A DNA stretch of 64,000 bases, from the IMG/VR virus record IMGVR_UViG_3300025280_000026, positions 19,588 to 83,587 of that record. One strand, 5' to 3'. Shown here in pieces: positions 1 to 9,535 of the stretch; within the stretch, counting starts at the first letter, position 1, and the number at the start of each line of letters is the position of its first letter. Position numbers and translations under genes: made by a program. The notes under the pieces are model-generated. The model ran no database searches, was not told where the DNA came from, and saw only the letters and a program-made list of their open reading frames with translations. This DNA is from a virus.

Positions 1-8
1 GCGATAAA

Positions 9-392
9 TTGCTTTGTACTTACCAAAGTGAGATTAAGCTTAAGGATGTTTATAAGGGAAATCTTGAGAATGAAATGGAACAAACAATGGCAGATATTGT
101 TAAACATCTCAAGAAAGAATATAAAAAAATTACCGGCAACGCCTTGGCTTTAACTCCAGAAGGAGAAGTAGATGTTTTAGTTCAATCAACTTCCAGAGTT
201 AGAGTGTTCGTAACTGCTAGCAAGGCTTACAAAGTCGGTGGTCTCGATGGTATAGAAGCTGTTGTCCAGCCTTCTAAAGAAAAACTTGAAACTTCATTTA
301 AAAGTTTTCTTGACCAAGGCGGCTGGGGGAAGGCTCCTACGAATAAAGAACAAAAAGGTGGTTGGAAGAAAAACAAGCAAAAGGATGGTTGA
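9..392 (+). CDS. Hypothetical phage protein, probably 5'-truncated by the window edge
   Basis: The frame is open to the window start, and the gene lies directly upstream of the terminase. Confidence 0.6.
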   Translation: MLCTYQSEIKLKDVYKGNLENEMEQTMADIVKHLKKEYKKITGNALALTPEGEVDVLVQSTSRVRVFVTASKAYKVGGLDGIEAVVQPSKEKLETSFKSFLDQGGWGKAPTNKEQKGGWKKNKQKDG

Positions 393-397
393 TAATC

Positions 398-1981
398 ATG
401 AGATATCAGCTCTCCAAAGAAGAAATTGTTAAAGAAATAATCAAATGTGGCAAAAATGCTTCATACTTTATAAACAATTATGCTAAAATTTCCCACCCCC
501 AATTGGGACTAATCCCTTTCAACACTTATGATTTCCAAGATGAACTAATCAATGATTTTAACGAACATCGTTTTAATATTATCTTGAAAGCGAGGCAGCT
601 AGGTATTTCAACTATAACTGCCGCCTACGTCGCCTGGATAATGATGTTCCGCAGGGACAAAAATGTTTTAGTGATGGCCACCAAGTTTGGCACTGCGTCC
701 AATCTAGTCAAAAAGGTTAAAAATATTCATAAAAACCTTCCAGACTGGATGAAAATTGCTAAGATTATTATTGATAATAGAACTTCATTCGAATTATCAA
801 ATGGCTCACAGATAAAAGCGTCCTCAACAACCGCCGACGCTGGCCGCTCTGAAGCGCTTTCTTTGTTAGTTGTCGACGAGGCCGCACACGTCGAAGGTTT
901 GGGCGAACTATGGACCGGTCTTTATCCCACTCTATCGACTGGCGGTCGTTGTATCGCTCTTTCTACTCCCAACGGCGTTGGAAACTGGTTTCACCAAAAC
1001 TGTGTCGACGCCATGTCTTCTAAAAATGATTTTAAAATCACGACGCTGTTATGGGACGTCCATCCAGATCGCGATCAAGAGTGGTTTGAGAAAGAAACTA
1101 AAAATATGTCACGTCGACAGATCGCCCAAGAATTAGAATGTAATTTTAACATGTCTGGCGAGACTGTTTTCCATCCAGAAGATATGCAGTTCTTAGAAGC
1201 AATGATCAAAGATCCTAAGCACAGAACCGGCTTCGATAGAAATTTTTGGATTTGGGAAGAACATGATCCTGGATTTACATATTTGCTTTCTGCAGATGTT
1301 GCTAGGGGTGATGGAAACGACTACTCAGCTTTTCATATTTTTAAAATAGAAACAATGGAGGTGGTTGCTGATTATCAAGGCAAAGCAACACCTGATATTT
1401 TTTCTAATTTAATCATAAACGCCGGCAAAGAATACGGAAGTTGTATGATTGCTGTTGAAAATAATTCTGTTGGATTTGCTGTTCTGGAGAAGTTGAGAGA
1501 TCAAGGGTATCCAAATATTTATTACTCCTATAAATCATCACACGATTATGCCGATCCCGTTACCGCCGAATATTCTAACAACACCGTTGCTGGGTTTTCA
1601 ACAACCCAAAAAACAAGACCTTTGATCGTCGCCAAGATGGAAGAATTTATACGCAATAAACTAATTAAAATATATTCCAGTAGGTTATACAACGAAATGA
1701 AGACTTTTATATGGCACAATGGTCGACCCCAAGCAATGAAAAAGTATAATGATGACTTAATAATGTCGTGTGCAATTGGTTGTTGGATTAAAGATATAGC
1801 CTTTACTGTCAACCAAAGAGATTTACAATACAAAAAAGCTTTCTTAAATTCCATGACGAAATCTGGTAATATGCTTAATACTGCAATAAAAGGCATGGAA
1901 GGCTATAAGTCTAATAATACCAGAGAATTAAATAAGAAAAAGGAAGAGCAGGATAAATATATTTGGCTTTTAAAAGGATAA
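398..1981 (+). CDS. terL: Terminase large subunit (T4 gp17-like)
   Basis: ATPase motifs KARQLGIST and LLVVDEAAH, STPNG coupling motif, RNase H-like LSADVARG and C-terminal DDLIM. Start is ATG 398 rather than 362. Confidence 0.95.
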   Translation: MRYQLSKEEIVKEIIKCGKNASYFINNYAKISHPQLGLIPFNTYDFQDELINDFNEHRFNIILKARQLGISTITAAYVAWIMMFRRDKNVLVMATKFGTASNLVKKVKNIHKNLPDWMKIAKIIIDNRTSFELSNGSQIKASSTTADAGRSEALSLLVVDEAAHVEGLGELWTGLYPTLSTGGRCIALSTPNGVGNWFHQNCVDAMSSKNDFKITTLLWDVHPDRDQEWFEKETKNMSRRQIAQELECNFNMSGETVFHPEDMQFLEAMIKDPKHRTGFDRNFWIWEEHDPGFTYLLSADVARGDGNDYSAFHIFKIETMEVVADYQGKATPDIFSNLIINAGKEYGSCMIAVENNSVGFAVLEKLRDQGYPNIYYSYKSSHDYADPVTAEYSNNTVAGFSTTQKTRPLIVAKMEEFIRNKLIKIYSSRLYNEMKTFIWHNGRPQAMKKYNDDLIMSCAIGCWIKDIAFTVNQRDLQYKKAFLNSMTKSGNMLNTAIKGMEGYKSNNTRELNKKKEEQDKYIWLLKG

Positions 1982-1987
1982 CAAAAT

Positions 1988-3922
1988 ATGGTTGACAACA
2001 ACAGAAACCCTAGAAATAAAGATAGTACACTATTCAGACAGCTAACCCGTTTGTTTTCTGGCCCGATTATAAATTACAGGAAACAAATCCCGCGTCAGTT
2101 AAAAAGAAGACAACTAGACAGCTATAAATTTAGATCAGCCAGCGGTCAAAACTTTAAAAAATCTGGCTATAGCCCATATGATAAACTCCAAGCAAACTTT
2201 TTTGCCAGCCAGGCCCGCGCAGATCGCTATGTCGATTTCGATCAGATGGAATACACACCAGAAATAGCTTCTGCACTGGATATTTACGCTGATGAAATGA
2301 CAACTTCTACAGCTCTCCGCGCCATGATGGAAATTAAGTGTAACAACGAAGAAATTAAGTCGGTTTTGGATCTCTTATATCATAATGTTCTTAATTTAGA
2401 ATCAAATTTATTTGGTTGGTGTCGAACAATGTGTAAATACGGAGATTTTTTCTTATATCTAGACATCGATGATAAGCAGGGCATCAAAAATGCAACTGGT
2501 CTACCTTCGCCAGAAGTTGAAAGGTTAGAGGCAGAAGATAAAACAAATCCAAATTATGTACAATTCCAATGGAACACCGGGGGCATTACATTTGAAAACT
2601 GGCAAATAGGTCATTTTCGAGTACTCGGTAATGATAAATACGCTCCGTATGGAACTTCAGTTTTAGAGCCGGCCAGAAGAATTTGGCGTCAGTTAACGCT
2701 TTTAGAAGATGCAATGATGGCATATCGAATTGTAAGATCTCCTGAAAGAAGGGTGTTTTATGTTGATGTTGGCAACATTGCTCCTGAAGATGTTGAACAA
2801 TACGTTCAGAAAGTTATGACTCAAATGAAACGTAATCAAATTGTTGATACAAGCAGCGGGCGCGTCGACCTTCGATATAATCCCATGAGTGTGGAGGAGG
2901 ATTACTTCATTCCTGTAAGGGGAAACCAATCATCTAGAGTCGAGAGTTTGCCTGGTGGTACATATACCGGCGATATCGATGATGTTAAATATTTGAGAGA
3001 TAAATTATTTTCGGCGCTTAAAGTACCTGCATCTTATTTATCGAGAGCAGAAGGAGCAGAAGAAGACAAAACCACTCTCGCTCAAAAAGATATTCGTTTT
3101 GCTAGAACGGTTCAAAGGTTGCAGCGTGTTATAGTATCCGAACTTGAAAAAATTGGTATTATTCATTTGTTTACATTAGGATATCGTGGTGACGATTTGC
3201 TATCGTTTAAGCTAAGATTGAATAATCCATCAAAGATCGCAGAGCTGCAAGAACTTGAACATTGGAGAACGAAATTCGACGTCGCCGCCGCAGCAACTGA
3301 AGGTTTCTTTAGCAAACATTGGATTGCTGATAATATTTTTGGTATGTCCGAAGAAGCACTATTGAAGGTACAGAGAGAAATGTACCACGACAAGAAATTT
3401 GAAGCTTCTCTATCAAAAGCTATAGAGGCGATGGCTTCTGCACCGCCCCCCGACGCCGGAGGTGGCCCCGGCCCAGGCGCTCCACCTCTCCCTGGTGGAG
3501 AAATTCCCGCGACTCCGCCTCCTGGCGACGACGCGCCATCAGATGAAGGTGAAGACAGCCCACTATTAGTCGCGCCCCCAGGCGAAGCAACTGCATCACC
3601 TGAAGAGGGCCTTGGCGGAGAAGCCCCTGCCCCGGCAAAGAGGGATGATAATTCTCATTTAACGGTTGGGGCAAAGGACCATTGGTACACCCCAAAAAAA
3701 TATAGGGGAGGCGACCGACGCGACCGCGGGGCTCGCCAAAGACATTTTGTTGCTCAGGGCCGACCCGGATACAAAGATTTAAAATCTCTTGGTGTTGGAA
3801 TTGTAGCGGAAATGGAAGATTTAGATTCTACTTATAATATGGAAGAACAGAAGATAATTCGTAGTTCACAAGAAATAAAAATGCTGATTGAAAGAATGGA
3901 GTCAAAAAATAATGAAGTTTAA
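1988..3922 (+). CDS. Portal protein (T4 gp20-like) with a Pro/acidic C-terminal extension
   Basis: Motifs LLEDAMMAYRIVRSPERRVFYVDVGN, EEDYFIPVR, LPGG and DIRFARTVQRLQ; follows the terminase. Confidence 0.95.
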   Translation: MVDNNRNPRNKDSTLFRQLTRLFSGPIINYRKQIPRQLKRRQLDSYKFRSASGQNFKKSGYSPYDKLQANFFASQARADRYVDFDQMEYTPEIASALDIYADEMTTSTALRAMMEIKCNNEEIKSVLDLLYHNVLNLESNLFGWCRTMCKYGDFFLYLDIDDKQGIKNATGLPSPEVERLEAEDKTNPNYVQFQWNTGGITFENWQIGHFRVLGNDKYAPYGTSVLEPARRIWRQLTLLEDAMMAYRIVRSPERRVFYVDVGNIAPEDVEQYVQKVMTQMKRNQIVDTSSGRVDLRYNPMSVEEDYFIPVRGNQSSRVESLPGGTYTGDIDDVKYLRDKLFSALKVPASYLSRAEGAEEDKTTLAQKDIRFARTVQRLQRVIVSELEKIGIIHLFTLGYRGDDLLSFKLRLNNPSKIAELQELEHWRTKFDVAAAATEGFFSKHWIADNIFGMSEEALLKVQREMYHDKKFEASLSKAIEAMASAPPPDAGGGPGPGAPPLPGGEIPATPPPGDDAPSDEGEDSPLLVAPPGEATASPEEGLGGEAPAPAKRDDNSHLTVGAKDHWYTPKKYRGGDRRDRGARQRHFVAQGRPGYKDLKSLGVGIVAEMEDLDSTYNMEEQKIIRSSQEIKMLIERMESKNNEV

Positions 3923-4766
3923 GCACAATAAAAAGAGAAATACTGCTTTTTTGTTTGAGACCTTAATAAGAGAACTTACGAAGTCTACTCTCGGTAAAGA
4001 CCACGATAGAAAAGACACTATTCTTTCTATTGTAAAAGAACATTTTGCTAAAAAAACCATTCTTTCAAAGGAGTTAGAGTTGTATAAATCACTTTATAAA
4101 AGCGATGATTTGACTCCACCTCTTGCCGAGAAACTTTTAAAAGAAGTAAAAAGAGAACATAAAAGTTTAGATCAAAAAAAGATTTTTGAAGCACAGTCTA
4201 AACTTATTAGAAAAATTAATAGAAAATTGTCAAATAAAGTATTTTCTAATTTTGTACCAAATTACAAAAACCTTGCGACAATACATCAGATTTTTAATTC
4301 AAAAAACGCGAACCCCAAATCGCGTATCCTTTTAGAACAAAATTATATTAAAATTATATCTTCTAGTATAAATCTAAAAGAAAACATCCTCGCCCCGGTT
4401 GATAAATTAACGTTTAAAACTTTTATTAACAAGTTCAACGATAGATATTCTGCAGATCTTTTAAAAGAACAAAAATCGCTTTTAAAATATTATATCACTT
4501 CTTTTACAGATCAGGGTTTAGAATTAAAGATATTTTTAAATGAAGAAATTGATAGATTGAAGAAAGAGCTTCATAAGACGATCTTAACTGAAACCGTGCA
4601 AAACGATAAAAAGCTTTTTGGCAAAACTAAAAAAGTTTTAAATATCGTTGAAAATTTCCGCAATAGAGAAGTTGATAATAAAATGGTTGAAATTATTTTA
4701 AAAGTTCAAGAACTCGTAAAAGAGACCTCAAATTATGGCAACAAAGAAAGTAGTAATAACAATTAG
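3912..4766 (+). CDS. Hypothetical helical protein of the head module (MKFKHNKKRNT...)
   Basis: ORF overlaps the portal stop; ATG at 3912. Confidence 0.7.
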   Translation: MKFKHNKKRNTAFLFETLIRELTKSTLGKDHDRKDTILSIVKEHFAKKTILSKELELYKSLYKSDDLTPPLAEKLLKEVKREHKSLDQKKIFEAQSKLIRKINRKLSNKVFSNFVPNYKNLATIHQIFNSKNANPKSRILLEQNYIKIISSSINLKENILAPVDKLTFKTFINKFNDRYSADLLKEQKSLLKYYITSFTDQGLELKIFLNEEIDRLKKELHKTILTETVQNDKKLFGKTKKVLNIVENFRNREVDNKMVEIILKVQELVKETSNYGNKESSNNN

Positions 4767-5322
4767 AAAAGGCCCGGGGGTATCGGCAACACCTCCACCC
4801 GTTCCCCCGCCCGAGCCAGAAAAAAAACCACAGGCCGAGGTGTCTTTAAAAATTAGAAAGACGCTGGATGGAAATTATATAATTTTTGACCATACAGATG
4901 TTGATATTGTTGTATCGCCTACACAAAACAAAATTATTGTTTTTGCAAAAAACAATTTTGATGATTACGTTTACGAGGTACAAGATAAATTATTTAAATT
5001 TCTTGTGAAAAAGGGTATAATAGATCCAAATTCGGTCCAAGGTGGAAACGTCTTTATGTCTATGGAAGGTGCAATCTTGCCAGCAAGTGAAAAACATGAT
5101 GCAATTCAAATGAGCATATTAAATGTGGCTAGATTCATTGAAAACGAAAAGCCAGAATATTTGCTCCGCAAAGCATATGAGGAAGAAGATGAAAGAAGAC
5201 TTACTGAGCCTGGTCCAGAAGATTCAACCGAGTTTGATCCAGAGAGGTTACACAAAGCGCAAAAGGGTTCACATCGTCCTGTCATGCGCCCATACGGAAT
5301 AAGCTCGATTTACAGAATCTAG
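4735..5322 (+). CDS. Hypothetical protein
   Basis: 195-aa ORF in the head operon with a Pro-rich linker. Confidence 0.7.
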   Translation: MATKKVVITIRKGPGVSATPPPVPPPEPEKKPQAEVSLKIRKTLDGNYIIFDHTDVDIVVSPTQNKIIVFAKNNFDDYVYEVQDKLFKFLVKKGIIDPNSVQGGNVFMSMEGAILPASEKHDAIQMSILNVARFIENEKPEYLLRKAYEEEDERRLTEPGPEDSTEFDPERLHKAQKGSHRPVMRPYGISSIYRI

Positions 5323-5342
5323 TAATTGAAGAGAGACTTAAA

Positions 5343-5678
5343 TTGGATTTATTATATTTTTTATTGATTGCGTATGGAATGACGCAAGTTATTGTAAGTG
5401 GCACCATTTTTGATAAAATTAGACCATCCAAACAATGGCTTAATGGTTTCGGCCAACTTTTCCATTGCGCATTATGTATGGGCTTTTGGGTTGGTGTATT
5501 TTTGTGGAGTATTAATGGCTTAACAGAACTATTTAGCTTTGAATATAATATAATTAATCCACTATTACTTGGATCTTTGTCATCTGGAACTTCATATTTG
5601 CTTTATACAATAATGGGGGATTTCGGAATACGCTCTGAACAAATGACAAATGTTTTTCATAGACAACAAGGAAGGTAA
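5343..5678 (+). CDS. Small membrane protein with CxxC (DUF1360-like)
   Basis: Hydrophobic segments and LFHCALCMGFWVG motif; TTG start. Confidence 0.6.
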   Translation: MDLLYFLLIAYGMTQVIVSGTIFDKIRPSKQWLNGFGQLFHCALCMGFWVGVFLWSINGLTELFSFEYNIINPLLLGSLSSGTSYLLYTIMGDFGIRSEQMTNVFHRQQGR

Positions 5679-5680
5679 AA

Positions 5681-5818
5681 ATGAGAAGACAAAATATCGC
5701 AGAAGTAAGACGCTGCTGTAAGGGAAGCAAAAACACGCAAGGGAGAGCCTTGCAAAAAAATTCTTATTATAAAAGGAGTAACAAAAATGAGTATTTGGAA
5801 AGAACAAAAAACAGGTAA
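5681..5818 (+). CDS. Small basic protein, 45 aa (MRRQNIAEVRRCCKGS...)
   Basis: AAGGAAGG upstream, ATG 5681, TAA 5816-5818; below the ORF-track length cutoff. Confidence 0.4.
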   Translation: MRRQNIAEVRRCCKGSKNTQGRALQKNSYYKRSNKNEYLERTKNR

Positions 5819-5930
5819 AGGTAACGCAGCGAAGGGTACGCCCACGACGAAAACCAATGTCGTGCCTCCAGCTTGGAAAAATGGTAAAGGCGCTGTTAGG
5901 GGTGATAAAGGCAAGGCCGCTAAAAAGTAA
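5787..5930 (+). CDS. Small Lys/Gly-rich protein, 47 aa (MSIWKEQKTGKGNAAKG...)
   Basis: Strong AAGGAG Shine-Dalgarno, ATG 5787, TAA 5928-5930. Confidence 0.6.
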   Translation: MSIWKEQKTGKGNAAKGTPTTKTNVVPPAWKNGKGAVRGDKGKAAKK

Positions 5931-5943
5931 AAGGCTTGATTAA

Positions 5944-6597
5944 ATGACACAAAAACTTTTACGAGAATATTTTGAATTATGTCCCGATGGGAATTGTGTA
6001 CTTGATGTATTAACGGAAGGTGAACGCAGATCCTTGCAAGAAGGCGCGGTTTTTCTCGTAGGTGTTTGTCAAAGGGCAGGTGTCAAAAATGGCAATGGCC
6101 GGATCTATAAGAAGTCGACTCTTGAAAGAGAGGTGGAGAAATACCAGGCTTTGGTACAAGAGCGCCGCGCTTTAGGAGAGTTGGACCACCCAGATGATTC
6201 AGTTGTTAATCTTAAAAACGTATCTCATCTCATGACAAAAATGTGGTGGAAGGGTGACGACGTTATGTGCAAACTTGAAGTAATGAACACTCCATCCGGA
6301 CAAGTCCTCAAGGAGCTTATAAAATCAGGTATTAAATTAGGGATTTCCTCCAGAGGCTTGGGTTCTGTCAAAAATCACGGCGGGCAAACAATTGTAGAAG
6401 ATGATTTTAAATTGATTGCATTTGATATGGTTTCTGACCCGTCGACGCCCGGCGCCTGGGTCGGCCCGGAAAGAGGTTCTAGCTCAAACCCAGATTTGGC
6501 AGATGTTCTGGCAAAAATGTCTGAGAATATAACTTTGAAAGAAAGCACCGCAAACGGCAAGCTTAATGAAGTTCTAGATGATATATTAAAGAGCTAA
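5944..6597 (+). CDS. Prohead core protease (T4 gp21-like)
   Basis: Motifs NGNGRIY, ALGELDHP, VSH, LGISSRGLGS and FDMVSDPS. Confidence 0.93.
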   Translation: MTQKLLREYFELCPDGNCVLDVLTEGERRSLQEGAVFLVGVCQRAGVKNGNGRIYKKSTLEREVEKYQALVQERRALGELDHPDDSVVNLKNVSHLMTKMWWKGDDVMCKLEVMNTPSGQVLKELIKSGIKLGISSRGLGSVKNHGGQTIVEDDFKLIAFDMVSDPSTPGAWVGPERGSSSNPDLADVLAKMSENITLKESTANGKLNEVLDDILKS

Positions 6598-6607
6598 GGA
6601 AAATTTA

Positions 6608-7006
6608 ATGAAGAGAAATGAAATTAAAAGCATTATCAAGCCGATAGTAAAAGAATGTATAACTGAACTTTTGTTACAAAAAGAAGGCATTTTGTCGAAC
6701 GTCGTATCAGAAGTGGTCAAAGGATTGCAAAGTCCAATCTTGGAATCTAATAATTTTGATAAAAACGAACAGACCGAACAAGAGTTGTCAGAGCTTGAAG
6801 CAAAATATGAATTGGAAAGACAAGAACGTATCAAAAGATTAAATGAATCTGTTGGTAGCAATTTCTTTAAAGGAACGCGCCCCGCGCCTACAGATAATGC
6901 ATCTCAATATGACCCCTTGTCTGGTATTAGCGCACGAGATCCTGGTGTTGATATTAAAGGCATCATGGCCATCGCCGGAAACAAATGGAAGAAACACACA
7001 AAGTAA
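6608..7006 (+). CDS. Hypothetical head-associated protein
   Basis: ORF with a Shine-Dalgarno, inside the head operon. Confidence 0.65.
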   Translation: MKRNEIKSIIKPIVKECITELLLQKEGILSNVVSEVVKGLQSPILESNNFDKNEQTEQELSELEAKYELERQERIKRLNESVGSNFFKGTRPAPTDNASQYDPLSGISARDPGVDIKGIMAIAGNKWKKHTK

Positions 7007-7012
7007 AATATA

Positions 7013-7261
7013 ATGAGCAAAAACAAGCCAGTAAACGTCGAAGTAACACTAAGACATGTGAGAAACGACCCCAACAAATTGATTAGAAAGTTTATAAAAA
7101 AAGTTAAAAAAGAGAAAATATTAGAGGAAGTTAAAGGCCGAATGTACTACGAGAAGCCTTCATCAAAAAGAAGACGAATGAAAAAACGAAAATTAGAAAA
7201 CGCAAGAAAAGCTCAAAAAGAGCAAAATAAAAAATTAAACATACAACCAATGAAGAGGTAA
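7013..7261 (+). CDS. rpsU: Ribosomal protein bS21 homolog
   Basis: LIRKFIKKVKKEKILEEVKGRMYYEKPSSKRRR matches the S21 pattern. Confidence 0.85.
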   Translation: MSKNKPVNVEVTLRHVRNDPNKLIRKFIKKVKKEKILEEVKGRMYYEKPSSKRRRMKKRKLENARKAQKEQNKKLNIQPMKR

Positions 7262-7267
7262 AAAGAA

Positions 7268-7756
7268 TTGGCAACTACAATCAAATCATCAACGCTAACT
7301 GTAAGTCTTGTTGAAGATATTTTTCTCAACGGAAGCCAACAAGGCTCGAAAAATACACTAAGTATTAGTGGCATAAAAGATGTATTTAAAAGAATAATTA
7401 CTATTGCAGCAGATGATGACGCTACAGTTCTAGTTTTTAAATCTACAACAGCCATTGCAGACGGAGCATTAGATTTGCAGAACGTGAAATATATTCGTGT
7501 AACGAATTTGGATGATACTAATTCTGTTGGTCTCTCTTTACAACTAGATTCAGATGAAGATAATAGTGCTGCAAATGAATCTTGTACTATCCTGTTAGAA
7601 GCAGGCCGCAGCTTTATAATGGGAACGCCTGATGAAGGAATTCATGTGGATGATGATTCAGCTGGTATATTAACAGCGCTAACGGATCTAGAGAGTATTA
7701 TAATTAATCCGGGCGCCAATGCCGGCTCCGTGGAAGTGTTTGTAGCTTCCGCATAA
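7268..7756 (+). CDS. Putative virion or decoration protein
   Basis: Beta-rich ORF rich in small residues, in the head operon; TTG start. Confidence 0.6.
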   Translation: MATTIKSSTLTVSLVEDIFLNGSQQGSKNTLSISGIKDVFKRIITIAADDDATVLVFKSTTAIADGALDLQNVKYIRVTNLDDTNSVGLSLQLDSDEDNSAANESCTILLEAGRSFIMGTPDEGIHVDDDSAGILTALTDLESIIINPGANAGSVEVFVASA

Positions 7757-7820
7757 AAAGGATTTTTAATGAAAAACAAACTAAATATTAATAACAGAAT
7801 AATTATATTGGAGAATTTAA

Positions 7821-8282
7821 ATGGCAGTACATAAATATACAAGCTGGGGAAGGACAAGAAGCCCTAAGAATATAGCTGGAGACCCAGGTACCGCGGTTAC
7901 TTTAGAATCAGATACCGACAATCTGCTCACAAGCAATAGCGATTATAAAACTGTAGGCTATGCCACAGAGAATCAAAGATATTTACATGTTCTTGTTACC
8001 GACCTTAATGACACCGCTCCTGCCGCACTAACCGTATTTGGATATTGTCACGCTTTTGAAAGATGGTTTGAGATAGCGGAAACAGAAGCCGGAGGCGAAG
8101 GTCAAAACACTGCAAACGCCGCGGCCTCCATAACAGTGGCTGATTCTGGAAGGGCTGTTACTGCTCAGGTTCCAAGCGATAGGGAATACCGGGTCTATGA
8201 AATACGAGGAATAGATCGAGTTGCTTTTGTACATGAAGACAGCACTGAAGTCGATGTTTTCGCCGCTTGTAGCACCTTTTAA
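7821..8282 (+). CDS. Putative virion protein
   Basis: GGAG Shine-Dalgarno; composition typical of structural proteins. Confidence 0.6.
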   Translation: MAVHKYTSWGRTRSPKNIAGDPGTAVTLESDTDNLLTSNSDYKTVGYATENQRYLHVLVTDLNDTAPAALTVFGYCHAFERWFEIAETEAGGEGQNTANAAASITVADSGRAVTAQVPSDREYRVYEIRGIDRVAFVHEDSTEVDVFAACSTF

Positions 8283-8311
8283 AATCAAAATGGATTTTAT
8301 AGCTAACAATT

Positions 8312-8319
8312 ACTATTTA
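8312..8319 (+). promoter_or_regulatory. Putative late promoter ACTATTTA upstream of scaffold and capsid genes
   Basis: Instance of the recurring ACTAHTTA motif (see findings). Confidence 0.6.
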
Positions 8320-8354
8320 CTAACAGTATGTACTATTTTCAGGAGAAATAATTA

Positions 8355-9506
8355 ATGTCCTCAATGTTAGAGCAAGCTATTGTTGATGCAAATGCATTGA
8401 GAGACGTAGCGATTAAAACAGCTGAATCAAACTTGGTTGAAAAATATTCAGAACAGATTAAAGAAGCGGTTGAAACGCTTTTAGAACAACCAATGCCGGG
8501 CGAGGAAGACCCCATGGCCCCAATGACCCCCGGCCCCATGGCGATGGATCCTGCAGCTGCCGGAATGGCAATGCCTCCGCCCCCAATGGGAAATGAAGGT
8601 TCTCCTGAAGATGAATTGGACGTCCCTCTTGGAGCTACCGAAGGCGAGAAACTATGCCCTTGTCCTGAAGAAGAAAAAATTGTAGTTGTTAATTTACCTG
8701 AATTAATTAAACAAGCTGAAGAAGAAGCAGGCGAAGGTGTTTCTCCTGAAGAAGTAGAACAATTCGGTACAGAAGTAGAACCAGAGGAAGAAGAAGAGGA
8801 AGAGGAAGAACTTCCCATGGGCTTGGAAGAATCAATTGAATTGCCAGAAGAATATTTATATGATATTCTAGAGTCATTAAAAGTAGATGTCAGCCCATAT
8901 TCTGTTCGCGATGGCTGGACCGGCACACCAACCGCTGCTATAGAAGAAGCAGAGGAATTAGAATTAGCTCGTCAACAAAGTGACGAGGTTGCTGAAGACC
9001 TAGAGGTACTTCAGACGGCAGTTAAAGAACTGCACGAAACAAATGAATATTATGAGAATATGCTACTAGAAGCTAAGAGTTATATTGATGCTAGGGAAAA
9101 CGATCACCAAGCTAAATTAAACGAAGCCGCCGGAGTTTTAAATGAAACTAAAAAAGTAGCGTATATTCTAAAGAATAAATTGGACGAAGCGAACTTAACA
9201 AATGCTCGTCTATTATATACAAATAAGGTTTTATCAAACAGCTCTTTGAATGGGCGACAAAAAAATCAAATTGTCGAAGCTTTGATAAACACCGAATCTG
9301 TTGAAGAAACAAAAACAATATATGAGACTCTTCAAAGCGCAGTGGGCAGCACCAGTAAATCAACTAAAAGACAGCCGAAATCACTGAGCGAGGTAGTTAA
9401 TAGAACTTCAACAACAATGTTGCCTCGATTGAATGAGGGACAAGAGAAGCAAGATACGTCGGCTTCAAACCGATGGAAAATCTTAGCAGGAATAAAAGAC
9501 AATTAA
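8355..9506 (+). CDS. Prohead scaffold/core protein
   Basis: Very acidic coiled-coil protein immediately upstream of the capsid gene; C-terminal RWKILAGI. Confidence 0.8.
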   Translation: MSSMLEQAIVDANALRDVAIKTAESNLVEKYSEQIKEAVETLLEQPMPGEEDPMAPMTPGPMAMDPAAAGMAMPPPPMGNEGSPEDELDVPLGATEGEKLCPCPEEEKIVVVNLPELIKQAEEEAGEGVSPEEVEQFGTEVEPEEEEEEEEELPMGLEESIELPEEYLYDILESLKVDVSPYSVRDGWTGTPTAAIEEAEELELARQQSDEVAEDLEVLQTAVKELHETNEYYENMLLEAKSYIDARENDHQAKLNEAAGVLNETKKVAYILKNKLDEANLTNARLLYTNKVLSNSSLNGRQKNQIVEALINTESVEETKTIYETLQSAVGSTSKSTKRQPKSLSEVVNRTSTTMLPRLNEGQEKQDTSASNRWKILAGIKDN

Positions 9507-9535
9507 AATTTTAAAAATATAGGAGGAAATTAAAA

